Assembly (NCBI RefSeq): GCF_001186125.1
Contig: NW_014039982.1
Span: 6,790-58,670 of the forward strand
Length of the DNA: 51,881 nucleotides
Source of the DNA: Sphaeroforma arctica JP610
Taxonomy: Eukaryota
Direction: 5' to 3'
Every line of letters begins with the position of its first letter. Within the stretch, counting starts at the first letter, position 1. The position numbers and the translations under genes are program-made. Under the pieces are notes generated by a model. The model ran no database searches. It was not told the origin of the DNA and worked only from the letters and a program-made list of their open reading frames with translations. Positions 1-19,791 of the stretch are shown here, one piece after another.

Positions 1-19
1 CATACATACATATATATAG

Positions 20-59
<40 letters not shown>

Positions 60-408
60 GTGTGTGGTATGTATCGAGGTTCGGTGTCTGGCGTATTGTC
101 TTATCAATACAGATGTACACACGCGTTTACTTTCGGAGCGCCCTCAGATGTATTTCTGAGCATTTACGGATTCATTCAATTGATGTTTTCTGTGTTGTTC
201 AAGATGTAGTATCTGCTCATGTCGTAGACCACATTCTAATACATCATTTGCTTAAGATCGTGTTGGCTGATAGGTGGATTAAGTTTAACTGCGCTACTGT
301 TGACCACTTTCTCACTGCTCATTCCTTCGTGATCATCCATGATATTTTTCTGGGTTCTCTCATCGCGACTTTATATGCTGTTGCGTGTTGTAGTCTCGAG
401 AACGGCAG

Positions 409-6361
<5,953 letters not shown>

Positions 6362-8254
6362 CCCGGCCAGTCTCTCCGGCGGCGACGAGTTTGTTGACCG
6401 CACATTTGATCATGTGGATATAGGGCCGCATGGGGGTGTCCCATTTCCAACGCATGGGTTGATCGCGTTGGCTTCCCTGAAGTGAGTGTGTGGGTGGGTT
6501 GGCTCCCGAGGCAGGATTTGTCACAGGTGATATGCGGAGCCAAGTTAGCATTCGCGAACCAGAGCTAGCAACACGAGTATATTAACTCGGTAACGATGGA
6601 AGTACTTTATCAGAGGGGTTCCGTATCATTACACCGGTACTGATTTATCCGATAGGGCTATGCACTGACAACATAGACATCTATGTCAATAGTATCTGCC
6701 GTAGGTTGAGAGGTATTCGGTGATTCAAAGCCTCGTTCGCGGGCTCGTGGTACACTGAAAAGAGTTTCCCTAATGTAGGCCCATTTTTTTGCCGCAGGTT
6801 CAGCAGCCATGGGCTCGTGACCGCATACCATGCTTCCACCGTAGCTCCCCCTAGATGTTAGTTGATCAGTGTAAGAAGACCAAGCGCCGGAAAATCACTG
6901 TTGTAACATTGGGAGGCGAGTCTCTCTTATCAAGCACTCATGAGATGATATCAAGAGGTCGTGGTGACAGGTCCCGCGTTCTGATCAATCGGTTGGAGTG
7001 GGATTCAGAATTCACTCGCGAACCTCACGGGCAGTTGCACTGGAAGACGATTGTAGATGCATCATTTACTGGCGCATCGCATAGCCATCGGTCCCTGCAC
7101 TAAAACTATTCTCAGAGTGATGTAACCTTGCCCAGTATCCATGATATTATAATATAAGACAGGCTGGATGTAGTGATAAACACTTCACAATGAATGACGG
7201 CAGCGTGACGTATAATAGGATCGATATCGATGGCTGCGCCGTTCATACAATACACAGTCCTGACTATCAGCACATACGCGCAGACTCGCAAATAAATGTG
7301 AACTCAGTTGAGCAGCTTTGCCGTTGCATACATGTTGCTGGGAATGACGACGGTGTTCATCTAGAGTGAGCAGACAACAGTGGTCTATCGTAAGGCTTCT
7401 TATATACTGACTAAGAGGAAAACAAAGTAACAAGCCGTTTGCTGAACATTCTCTATGACGCACAATGGCTGGTAAATAATCAACTGAAGATTATCGGGTA
7501 TCACTATCTACACCGGCTAGTATTCAACATACGTGATCGTCAGTCGTGCAAATGCGTCGATGCCTTTGTTGAGTATTGACGCAGGTGAGAAATCGTTTCT
7601 CAGTTGAAAGGTGGGTCACAACTCGCATACAATATCGGTCGAACCGACAGGAAGTAGTGAGAGTAAATCGAAAATAACGAAATTCCAAATACATCTCAGA
7701 TGTAAATAAACAACTCCCTTCCTAATTGCCTTTCAAATATCTCTCCAGTTTGTCGTCGTGATGTATATCTTAGTATGGCGATCGGTCATATGAGCAAGGC
7801 CACCAATCCAAGAGATCACGATGCTAAACACCATACCATGATGTGATGGGTGATGCTGAGCAAAATATCGTTGGGAGTATATCTATTCCTCTTTTCATCT
7901 TGGATCATTTTTTCGATGTGAGGGTCCTGCTGGCGTAGCTCCTCAGTAGCGCACTTCCCCAAAAAAGCTTTCTATGGCAGCATTTATTGCGTGCATCACT
8001 ATACATACAGACTTAAGTTTATACTCTAGACTATGTGCTTGGTTTCGCTGGGCAATAACATATAGTTTGATAATTTGCATATATAACGTTTTCATTGGAT
8101 AACCACTGACCGACTTACTATTAAAGTCTATTTCGGTCTGACGCAAATGCATCCTTGGCCCGTCAACTCTACAATACATACTCCTACGCGAACGGTCGTT
8201 CTTTGAAAGTGCACAGAGCGACTTCATTACTTGGTGTGCACACTATGACGAGCC

Positions 8255-11200
8255 CTATTCCATGGTTAGAACCATCTTACCACTTGCCGTACGCGTGGGT
8301 GAAACAATTGCCTCGTGGGCCTTTTGCACGTTCTCTAAGCTGTACACCTCACCCACTGTCGGCTTGGCTGTCCCATTCCGTAAAGCCAGACCTATGGCCT
8401 CGTTAGTGGCTTGTAAATCCTTCTCACTTGATATCCCTGGATATATGGATTAAAAACAATACATAGTAAATATGCGAATGGTTAGAAAGGTGGTGAGATT
8501 TTTGCGTGCTACATGGTGAGGCTAAGGAGAAAGGCCTTGTAAACACTCACGACGGCTCGGTAGCGAGGGCCGAGATTCAACTCTGGTACACCTCACTACC
8601 GCCCACTCATAATACTGGATCATCAAAATGCGCTGTCCAGCAACTTCTCACGTTCAATTTGCGCGCCCCGTTTAAGGAACACGAAATACACACGAACGAT
8701 AGAACTATTAAACGTAAGCGCCGGTAGAACAACGCTACAAGCACACACAGGACGACTTACAATAGTTACAGCCTATGACAGACTACAAGCACACACAGGA
8801 CGACTTACAATAGTTGCAACCTATGGCAGACTACAAGCACACACAGGACGACTTACAATAGTTGCAGCCTATGACAGACTACAAGCACACACAGGACGAC
8901 TTACAATAGTTGCAGCCTATGACAGACTACAAGCACACACAGGACGACTTACAATAGTTGCAGCCTATGACAGACGATTCATTCACCATTAGCGCTCTCG
9001 GATTGATCGAGTGCTCAGATGTGGCTTGGTTTCCGACCACCACAATTCTCTGCAAGGTGCAGCAACACAGCGATGTGTGGTATCAGTTCATGAAGTACAA
9101 TACCAAACAGCCTGTGCATGGCACAAAAAGGTTAGAAGACTACAACAGGATGGGCTTAACACTCACGGGGCCTAGAACTCCTAAACAACAAAATTGTATC
9201 ACTCATTCGATAATTAGTAATTTAAATGCTATTGCCGACGTTCAGCTGCTGATTGAAGATGTACAATCACATCACTCATTCGATAATCGCCCAGCAGCTA
9301 ATTGCAGATATACAGCCCCGTTCATTCTACATACCCCGTGACGAGCAACCAGGTCTATATCCGTGCTGAGATGCTTGTTGGCGCGCATTTCCAGGATCAC
9401 ATCTGCACCATCAGGCATGACGTCTCGGATCTACTCTACAGCGTGCGATAACAAATAAACTAAAAGAAGTACAACAGAAGTTATGAAAATGGTACAACAG
9501 AAGCTATAAAAGAAGTACAACAGGAGATATGGATACGACAGAATATATATTCAGATGTTCTTCCTACACCTATTTTCAAAGACGATTCAATCAGAGCTGT
9601 ACTACTACTGCTCAAACCTTCTCCACTGCGTCGCGACGGGTGACTTGAAATCGTCAACAAAGGCAAAGATAATAGTTTTCTTTCATGAAAAGGCGATTGC
9701 TTGCATACCACGCTAGACTATGAAGTTGGTAGGCTACACTTGAAGCTCAACAGAGTGTGAATCATATCTTGATACTTCGATGACAAAAAAGATATTACGC
9801 GTACCTTAGTCGTCAGGTCAGTGTCGTCTCGCAGAAAGCAAGCTGCAGCACCTTGCTTCAGTACAGCCTCACAACCCTTTGAACTCCCCGCGATGCCAAC
9901 AACTGTAGCACCATAACCAACAGCCAACTGGACTGCTGCCAAACCCACCCCTGTTATGTCAAAGGAACGACCATTAATACTCGGCCCGACAAAACACGCG
10001 CCTACCAGATAGTGCATTGTAGGCTGCGCGAGATTTGAATTTGTGGACTCAAAACTTGGTGAATGCATCGCGCTACCATCCTGAAGTTGACCTGAAAGTC
10101 TCGAGGAAACACGCACACGCACACGTCGATTGCGATACACGATGCTCATGCCCTATACTTGTAAGTAGCGGTGCTATAGCATTCAACAGCTCAATGCCCA
10201 TTGAAGACACACATGACTCACCTCCAGAGGCGCCATTTATGAGCAGCCTCTCGCCAGAACTCAAGTGTGCGCGTAGCTTCAGAGCACGGTAGGCTGTCCC
10301 GTACGGTATCCCCAGAGCTGTGAACCGAATACAAGAATTGGATAGAATCACACGTCTGATAACATGATGGCCAGCGATTGCTAGTCCATCTGACATAGAA
10401 GGGCGGACAGATTATACCCGAAGATCTGATGTGAGGTTCGTCGCGCTAGAAGAACGCTCGTCCGGTTAACAAAGACGACTTAAGCTGTCGTTTTGTACAT
10501 ACCAGATCCTTGCTGGAAACTCAAGTTCTCCGGCAAAGCGTGCACATGTTTTGCTTCACACACAGCCTTGTCTGCGTACGTCCCCGTAATGCTATCCTCC
10601 ACGTACACGCGATCGCCAGCACTCAGACCCTCGACACCATCACCAACATGTGCAACAACGCCAGATCCGTCTTTTCCGGGAGTGTAGGGTAGTTCTGGCA
10701 GTAGATGGTATATCCCGGATCTGTTTTGAATGCCACATCGAGCGTCGATTAATGATAATGAGTGAGTTGACCGTTCTCTTTACGAGATACCCATCAGTAA
10801 CCGCTTTGAATCCGAGATCGCAAATTCAGCAAATACTGCCAATCGACACATTGAACTGCACTGAATCATAACCATCGAAGCCTAGAATACTCTCCCGTGA
10901 GTAGAAGCTAAACCGCCAAAACCCAAGTTTGTCTGGTTCGTGCGATTTGTTTCGCGCATTTGGACAGAGGCACACATTACCATTCTTAAATGTCTGGGTA
11001 CGACTACCCTCGTTTCGCAAACCTTGAACACCAGTAAAACTTTCTCAATGGCATATACGCAAGAGCTCCCTACTAATATGAAGCGATAGGTCTCAAAATA
11101 TTCATAGGCGATCCAGCCCTATCGCGTGCGATCACTTTTAAATACTCGCTTCTGAATATACCTACCTTATGTAGGTTTCAGCCGGATTGATTCCTGCTGA

Positions 11201-11397
11201 TTTGATATCTACAACCACCTGGCCGTATTTGAGGTCTGGCAACTCACACTTCTCAATCTTCATCACATCTGGGCCCCCGAACTCGTGAATTCGGCAAGCG
11301 GTATAACTGATCTATTGTGAAAGTTTAATATTCGAAAGAGTGTCAGCGGAGAGTGAACCATTACGTATGGGCACACTTTCACGATATCCGGCGACAT
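8255..11397 (-). CDS. CRYZ: Zeta-crystallin-like NADPH:quinone oxidoreductase (MDR family)
   Basis: Minus-strand exons encode ACRIHEFGGPDVMK...AGINPAETYIR, SGIY..LPYTPGKDGSGVV, ALGIPYGTAYRAL, LLINGASGG|VGLAAVQLA (nucleotide-binding motif), GADVILEM, RIVVVG and KAHEAI..SGKMVLTME*. Stop at 8255-8257. The start exon (MSPDIVK, 11397-11377) is tentative. Confidence 0.88.
8735..8974. repeat. 5 x 48-bp tandem repeat spanning a CRYZ exon end and splice donor
   Basis: Unit CTACAAGCACACACAGGACGACTTACAATAGTTGCAGCCTATGACAGA with few substitutions. Confidence 0.95.
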
Positions 11398-13999
11398 AAG
11401 AGCCACACAAGCGACCATCGAATAGAATAGTATCGTCGGCGTCTTTGCAGTGTTATTGCACAGATATATATGTCACTGCAAAACACCCAGCGCATGTAGT
11501 TGCACCAATCTCGAGCTCAAGCAGTCCAAGTGAAAGAAGAACACTGGTACAATGCTACAATTCAGAGTATCTCGGAAGGCAGATTGTCGAAGGAAAACAT
11601 CTTAATAGTACCACTGTCGAGTGCACATCACCTATTTTGAATTGCTACTGGCGAGTAGCAGGTGTGACGGGAAGAACCCATTTTGAACATGGGTTTCGAA
11701 TTAAAAAATATTGTGCAAGCCACACACTGACTGCCTCATGAAGCAGGGACAGACATCATCGGTTCCAGCGCAACACAAGAAAGCTTGCTAATACCTATCC
11801 TCACTCACAACTTATACGCGACGAGATGAAGATAAGAAGTGTGTATGGATGTACAAATATACAAACACAAACTCGTGGCCTTTTCTGATTTTGATTTGAC
11901 ATGGGTCTATTCACAATCACATTTTGTACTACGATCCACGAAAAAAAATTGTGCACCGGTGTAGTCAGCGCATTACGTTGCATACGCAAGGAGAAACCGT
12001 TTATAACCTATCTCTGATTGTCATGTATCCATTGGAGGTTAGGAAATATTGTGGCCCGCAACTAGCAGAATATAATACTTGAGGTGAATAATGCAACACA
12101 TGAATATGTCACGCTTCGATTCGGCTCATATTTATTACAGAGTCGACGAGTACACTTCCGAAAATACTTCCCATCATCTAACGTTGATGACACTGGGGAA
12201 CTAGTGTTTTCCATGTATAATACTTTCTCCTTCTCCTTTCGAAATTTGGTTATCGGGTTTGGTGCAGTGTTACGCAAGCTCACGCTTAAAGCACGCAATA
12301 CCTTCAGTTGCCTTCAGTGCTAATTCGAGAACAGAGGGAGCAGAATATGTGACCATACAGTGGCTATACATGTCATTCAAACACAAAACTCGGGAGTCTT
12401 TTTGCACTCCAATTTAGAGCAATCGAGTTACGCACCGGCCTTAATACTCGATACACTTCACACTAAGAATACGATGATAGCGAGGCCTTCGACTACTGTG
12501 CTGAGGGCAGGGACTCGAGAGAAACACATTGCTACGCTACCATATTGCGTCTAAGGAACGCGCAAGAAGGAAGACAATATAAAAATTGACAGGACATGTA
12601 ATTAAACTATGGAATAACCAGAATACAGGGATTTAATTACATCTATCGACACGCACCTACTTCTTGGCGACATGGAACGATTAGCATTGAACATTACCTG
12701 ACCAATGCAATACATACATCAGGGTAGAAAGTATATGTCACTGTAGCTGCACAGCCTCGGGCCGCTTGCCCAACTAGTAGCAAAGGTGACATATTTTTAT
12801 ATGGTGCAGCTTGAGTATATGCACATGCGTCAGCATGATACAGCTAGGGTATCTGCTGATACATCTGTCGAGTAGCACACACACCCGCGATTTTGTATAT
12901 TGTAACTAGAAAATTTGATAAACATCAGTAGAATATCACACGAAACACATGAGTAATCGTACGAAGTACCTAAAATATATGCATATGCATCAGTATGAAG
13001 TAGCACGAAGATGGTAGTTAGCGCATATGCTTATACAATTGTCCCATAGCACACGCATCATTGAAGAGAGACTAGAATACATGATTCCATATCAGTAGAA
13101 TATGTGTCGTAACAAGATCATACTTGCTGTAGCTAATACACGGGGCTTGTACGTATGTAAAATATCAAATACAGCAAGATTTTATATGAGGTGCAAGTCT
13201 AGTTAGAATACTATTTTATACACATATCGCATCGACATACACTTGTCTGAGGCATAAAATTAAGCATACCGGTCTCTGCGCCAAGCGCATAGTACCATTG
13301 AGCCTCATTGCAGTGAGAGACGTTCTGAACATTGTATGCGAGTGAATGTGTGCATATTCAAAAAGAAGCACCACAGAGTTCAAAATATGTGTAAAGACGC
13401 CAGTTCTTGAATCAGATGTTCATTTTTTGTTTTGTTTTATAAGATCGGCTGTATTCTTGAATCAGATTGGGCACTCTCGTGTGGCAGTGGTCAGGTGCGT
13501 AGTGACGTGTAAGTATTTTTTAATATGTAATATTCACGTTGCACAGCTGTTATGGGTGGTTGCTATAATTAAACGCATATTTTCTTAATATCTATGCTTT
13601 AAAAAACGGTTTATAAGGGCCAAGACTGGAAACACATCGAACTATTGAAAAGGCGAAATGGGCATAAGTATGATAAGTAACAAGATTATTTGCACCTAAA
13701 GGCTTCAAACATGCACCTACAAGTATAGCCATAAGGCGGTCACGATATAAACGTTGAATATATCTATATTAAACGTATATTTTTTTAGGGCACAAAACGT
13801 ATTGAAGTTCGATTGAATCTATTATTTCTACTTATTTTCTGCATGTAAATTACTATTCTTCTGAATAGTAAATACCCTTATATATATATATATATATCAC
13901 AGGATCTTCTCAAAATCATTTTTAAAAATACTCTTTGTATATAGACAAATGATACAATCAACAGACCATTTTAGATAACTAATACCAAGACATAAAAAG

Positions 14000-16900
14000 A
14001 TGGCATCCATCGCTAACGGTAGTCAAGCCGCCTTCTACGACGAAGAACCGGCTCCTGATAATCTCGAGAATGTACGAATGCACGTTAAAGAGTTCATTGA
14101 ATTTCATAAACAGAATGACACGCCCGTTGTTTTGGTCACGTCAGGAGGAACTACGGTACCCTTGGAATTCAACACTGTACGGTTTGTCGACAACTTTAGC
14201 GCTGGCACGCGTGGTTCCGCTTCCGCAGAATATTTCATTAGCGAAGGTGTGATGGTTTTCGAAATTTTGATGAAACAAGCTTATCTTTTTGCTTGCTTTG
14301 CGTACGTTGTTGTTCTTAGACTATAGTAGTTTTGTTTTTACTGATACTAAATACCTTTTGCGAATTACTGTATAACTTGAGAATGGATATCACAATTCCA
14401 TATATGTATACAAAAGCACGCATAATCACATACATATACACACATGTATACATGTGCATATATATACACACACGCGCACACACGCACGCACACACACGCA
14501 CGCACACACACGCACACACATACAATCAATGGTACACATCACATTATCACACACACACGCAAACACGCACACACTCAATGGTAAACATTCACACTTAATA
14601 GCACACCGACGCAGACACATACAAACGCGCACGTATACCCACCCACCCACAAATATATATCTGTATATATGGGTATACAAACATATGCAGATACATGCAT
14701 ACATACTCACACACACTCATATATACATAATGTTAGGGAATGAGTAGTTTTTCGAAATCATCAGTGTATTTGGATTTGTAAACAATTCTATGGTAGTCAA
14801 TGTATCATCTACAAGTGCTTGCTATTATTGTATACCAGATTTTTGTCATCACCTGAAAAAGCGGCATTCAAATGCCTTTCACAAGAAGTTCAAAGGTTCC
14901 CGATATTCATGTATAGGAAGGATGTCTGTGCAAATCGTGCATAGGCAGTATCGCTCTTGCGCAGTATTGCTTTGTAAGACTCCAACTTTGTACGCACATC
15001 GTAGTAGGCATTTTTGGTTTACTTGCCTAATCATTTTGCCTTGTCGTTCCCCCCCATACATCTATAGGCTATGCCGTGCTCTTTTTGCACAGAGAATACA
15101 GTCTGGAACCCTTTAGCCGGAATTACACACACTCTAAGCACTGCTTCTTGGACTTCTTGCACGTTGAAACAGATGGACTTGACACAGCACGGGTGATCGT
15201 CAATCCTAGGGTATGTTTAATTTAGCTTGGAAAGTGATAAGAGATACTTACGGTTGCGATCCAGAGGCGTTGTAGTCACCAATGCTTCTTTAGTAGCATT
15301 CTAGGATGTGATCGTCATTTTTGAGGAGGGACCATTTCCCACTCTCTGCTGCCTGGTCTCGTTATATTCATGGGCATTTCTTTTCACCACTTACAATCTG
15401 ATCTCAGGATAAGGGTCATTTAATATCCACCATCAATAAGTACAAGAAAGTTCAGCAAAACCACATGCTGCTGAAAGTAGACTTCAACACGGTAAACCAC
15501 TACCTGTTCTACTTAAAGACCTGCGCTGAGGAGTTGAACGCCTTAGGTATTGTTAGGCGTGCTCATGTTTGATGTACCTTCTAGATTAGGAGGTTTTATG
15601 GGGTTCTAATGTTGTAAATGTCGAGAGTGCGCGACATTTTCAGTATGTTTAATTCTGTTCGGTGTGAGCGTTTAAAGTAGACGATCATTCCATTCTGTGA
15701 TACGGCATCAACACGGTCAGGTCTGCCCTTGTGTCGATATGCTTATATCTTTTTCACATGTGCATAACATTCGAGGTTCGCCTGAAACAAATGTATGGCA
15801 GCTTTTGGGCTATTACTATGTCTGGTGTGGTATATACTCGAATCAGCGCTTCATACTATGTCTGAAACGAGTTGATGTCAGTGATATATCGCGTCTATGT
15901 GCGGATTTAAGCCCTTATGCATTCTAAACTTGGAAGTGACAATCGGACTTTTGGATTAAGGTAATGCGCTGCAGACCGGCGCATATATATATATCTATAT
16001 CTATATCTATATTTATATATAATTGCCATAAACGCATATATATCGTCAGACACTAGCATAGCAATGTTTTGGGAAAATAATATTTTTGTACGCTCGGATA
16101 TATTGAGTACTGATTATTATTAGGATATGCAAACGGAATAACCTATACTGTTGTGACATTCATTCCAGGCAAGAACGGAATTTGTTATTTAGCTGCCGCT
16201 GTATCAGACTTTTATGTACCTGCCAGCATGCTGACGCACCACAAGATTCAGTCAACAAACGGTCCCTTCGAATTGAAGATGGAACAGGTAAGAAGCTTTC
16301 TTTGACTTATCACAGTATGCAAAATTTGCAGGCCTTCTCATTTACTTTCTCTTGGTCTGGGTGGTAGTGCGAATATATCGTGCCCACGCGAAGTGAGACT
16401 GGTACTGTGTGCTACTTAGGGCGGTTTTCGCTCTCAGACTGGCGTTCTAGTCATTTGCGGGATACAAAAATTGATTGTTTTTTCCCCACAGGCGTCCTTC
16501 GTTATTGCGGACTGAATTTGTATACTTCATACGAATATCCGAGTTCATCCCGTGAATTTTTAGGATATTTTTCGCTTATATTACACCTCGTTAGACACTT
16601 CCCATATCTCACTGGTGTTCTGACTACACCTCGACACGGTGTTTTTCTGGAGTAGGTTCCGAAGATGCTTCATACACTCACGCGCGAGTGGTGTCCCAAT
16701 GCCTACATCATTTCATTCAAACTCGAGACGGACGATAAGCTTCTGGTCCCAAAGGTGTGTGGCTGGATATTTGAAGACATCAACTCATATTCATTGTAGA
16801 TGTCGTCTTGCTGTAGTGGAGAGATTGCAGTGTATGCTCCCAAAGGAACCTGTATCATTCATATATATATATCTGACCTTATACTTCTCGCATGTAAGCT

Positions 16901-17438
16901 ATATTCGCTATAGCGAATAAGTGTATATACGATCGCCACACTCTGTAAAGTGTCGAAAAAGAAGTGCGTTTACATGTGTAGCCGTGATGGTGTTATGTAT
17001 GCGCAAATCCGCAATGTATTTTGCAATTGTTCGTGTCTGTGATGCCACATCGTGTTCTCATTGGCCGTAACGGCACTCGAGTGGAGACCTGATAGATACT
17101 TTGCTACTGTGTGCGTGAAGGCGAGAACGCACTAAAAAAATACGATTTTCCATTGGTGGTAGCCGATATGTGGCACACACGCAAGTTTACAATAGTTATT
17201 CACCCATTCCCACCTTCTTCCATTTGTAAGCCAGGCCAAACAAGCGCTGGTGACCTACGGACACCAGCTTGTGATAGCGAATATGCTGCACACGCGCAAG
17301 TTCACGATCACACTAGTTTCTCCCGATGATACGGAAGTTGTTGCATTATCACCCGAAGAGAGGGATGATGGTGACGTAGAGATTGAGTCCAAATTGATTG
17401 TCAAGCTTATTGAGCTACACAAAGGCTTCAAAGAATGA
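14000..17438 (+). CDS. PPCS: Phosphopantothenate--cysteine ligase (CoA biosynthesis)
   Basis: Exons 14000-14246, 15068-15210, 15408-15546, 16169-16287, 16656-16754 and 17235-17438 splice in frame. Motifs [56 protein letters not shown]. Confidence 0.95.
17041..17195 (+). pseudogene. Degenerate PPCS-like coding fragment inside the last PPCS intron
   Basis: Translates ..[22 protein letters not shown], versus [22 protein letters not shown] in the functional exon. Frameshifted traces upstream resemble exon 5 (LETD..LL..K). Confidence 0.65.
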
Positions 17439-17911
17439 AGAGTCGTTCGGAATATCAGGGACTACGCTGTGTGGAATCACTAAAAGCGTCAATCAACAGG
17501 CAATTTCATATGCTACTTCAGATATCTACGCTTATGACAACTGATAGAGGTTCACTTTGAAAAGTGCGCTAGTTGTATGCTGGGAACTGCAGTGAGGTCA
17601 ATATCTTGCCACCGCGACAACACTAAACTTGTATAAGCCGAGGTTCCTGACTACCATGCAATAGAATTGGCAAAAACAGAAATAGTAGCATGACATTCGC
17701 CGTAGTTTTGGAGCTTCAGTACTCGTTGGAAGTCTAACTGGCACGTGTCTCGTGGACAAGAATGCTGACATCTTCACGGTCATAAATCGGTATGCGGTGA
17801 TATTCTAGCGCCGCTGACGGCAATCAATATATATATATATATAAATATATATATATATATTAATTTTATGTAGTATATATATTATTGTATATTTTTAATA
17901 TATATATATAA

Positions 17912-17994
<83 letters not shown>

Positions 17995-18030
17995 GATATA
18001 TGTGAATATTTATACATAATATGTATTACG

Positions 18031-18063
<33 letters not shown>

Positions 18064-18159
18064 GTAATTCATATTATGTATAAAGTATATATATAGGATA
18101 TATATGGATAATATATATATATAATATATATATATAATTATGTTTATAAGTATATATAT

Positions 18160-18193
<34 letters not shown>

Positions 18194-18194
18194 A

Positions 18195-18225
<31 letters not shown>

Positions 18226-18332
18226 CATAGACATAATTCATATTTTAGAAACATAGTTGGATATAATGGGAATCAAAACAAAGAAGTGAATGAAGATATA
18301 CTACAAGTTGATCAATAAGAAAATTTGGCTAC

Positions 18333-18640
18333 ATGTCTTTCATCAATGAAAAAAATAAGGTGGACTACAAGCTGTTTTACTACAGACGGAGTTCTGTTAA
18401 GATTCTTAAAAAAATCAACGTGTGCAGAAATTCGTCTTATAAGTTTCGGCTTAAATCAGCATACACATGTGTTTTATTGATGCTTCGTTTTGTGCAACAG
18501 GCGGCCTTGATAAAACGCTTCTTGATTTCATCACCTCCCATGTGTTTTGATTAGATATTGCCATATGAAGATGATATCCACCTGGCAACAACGATTACAG
18601 CTTTTGTAAGCCTATATACCATAGCTACGAACGACGATCA
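18333..18640 (+). mobile_element. Probable hAT-type transposase relic
   Basis: Stop-interrupted frame ..YTCVLLMLRFVQQAALIKRFL..*ILPYEDDIHLATTITAFVSLYTIAT resembles the hAT segment following the RW motif. No termini identified. Confidence 0.4.
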
Positions 18641-19791
18641 TACATGTGCTGCAGAGATATAGCGCTTTTAATGTAAAAGATGATAAAGGGGTTATTTGCG
18701 CCAATGCCAACAGCGATTATGTAATTATAGGCCGCAACCGAACACTGTCCATCGAACACAGCGACTGCTACACGTGCACCAAAATTAGTGAGGGACAGAT
18801 TTCAATGTGACGCAGATACTCTGTTGTTAGTCGGAGGTTCGGGACTGAGTCCGGTTTTCTCTTTGCTCCTGCTGTGCCAGCCTGCTAGGCTGTCGTGCCG
18901 TCCAGGCTCAGCGGTGTGTGAAACTATGAGTGGAAAACCGGAACATGTGGATGTCGTGTAAGCTGTGGTCTGTGGAACGGCATATTTCGCTCGAGGTTTA
19001 CTAGAAAAATGAACTCTCGTGTCCCCGGAGTTGGGTGTGAGTAACAGTGAGACTGTGAGACTGAGGTCTGAGACTCTGAGTCTGTACTCTGTAACTGTAG
19101 TCTACTAGAGAGTCTGTAAGTCGTCGGTCGTGACGTAAATTGAAATACAAATGCTCATAGCCTTCTTCTAAATTGAACCAAGGCTCTGAAATGCTCCGAC
19201 ACTCCGACAGTTGTAAATATTATTTGTTTTTATAAAAAACAAGCAGTACAGAAATAAATAATTTAAAAAAAAATATACATTTCATTTGTTCTGGAATAAA
19301 AATATAAAACAAAATAAAAAAATGAGAACAGGTGACCGTGGGAGGTCGGGCCTAACCTCATTACGTTTCCCGTTAAAACGCAAAATATATAAATAAATAA
19401 GCGTTTACGTTAAAAGTTTATCCTAAATATAGTCTTATGGGTTTACAAATAGGTTTATTTTTCGAGGCGGCCAAACTGTCACGAATTGTCCTATTTTTCA
19501 CTTTGTGTCAGTTGTGGATAGTTTCAAATCGCCTTTTCATTAAAAAAGGTCAATTTCTCAGGTGCAAATTTGGAGAATTTTCATAGTCGTTTTGCCCCCG
19601 ATATACTTTAAAACGCTTAAAAAACAAAACTTTTCGTGTTTACGTTTAAAGTTTATCGCGTATAGACAAAACGTATTGAGCTTAGGGTCAAGCCGTCAGG
19701 GCGTCAGGCAGGAGATTCTGAACGTGCGCTGGAGAGTGGGGTGTATATATTTTATATAAATATAAAAATTGTGTACATACATATCTACATA

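Noticed and set aside
12062..12323. Overlapping ~78-aa ORFs between CRYZ and PPCS
   Set aside because: No homology, and I could not build a consistent spliced model. Possibly UTR or intergenic.
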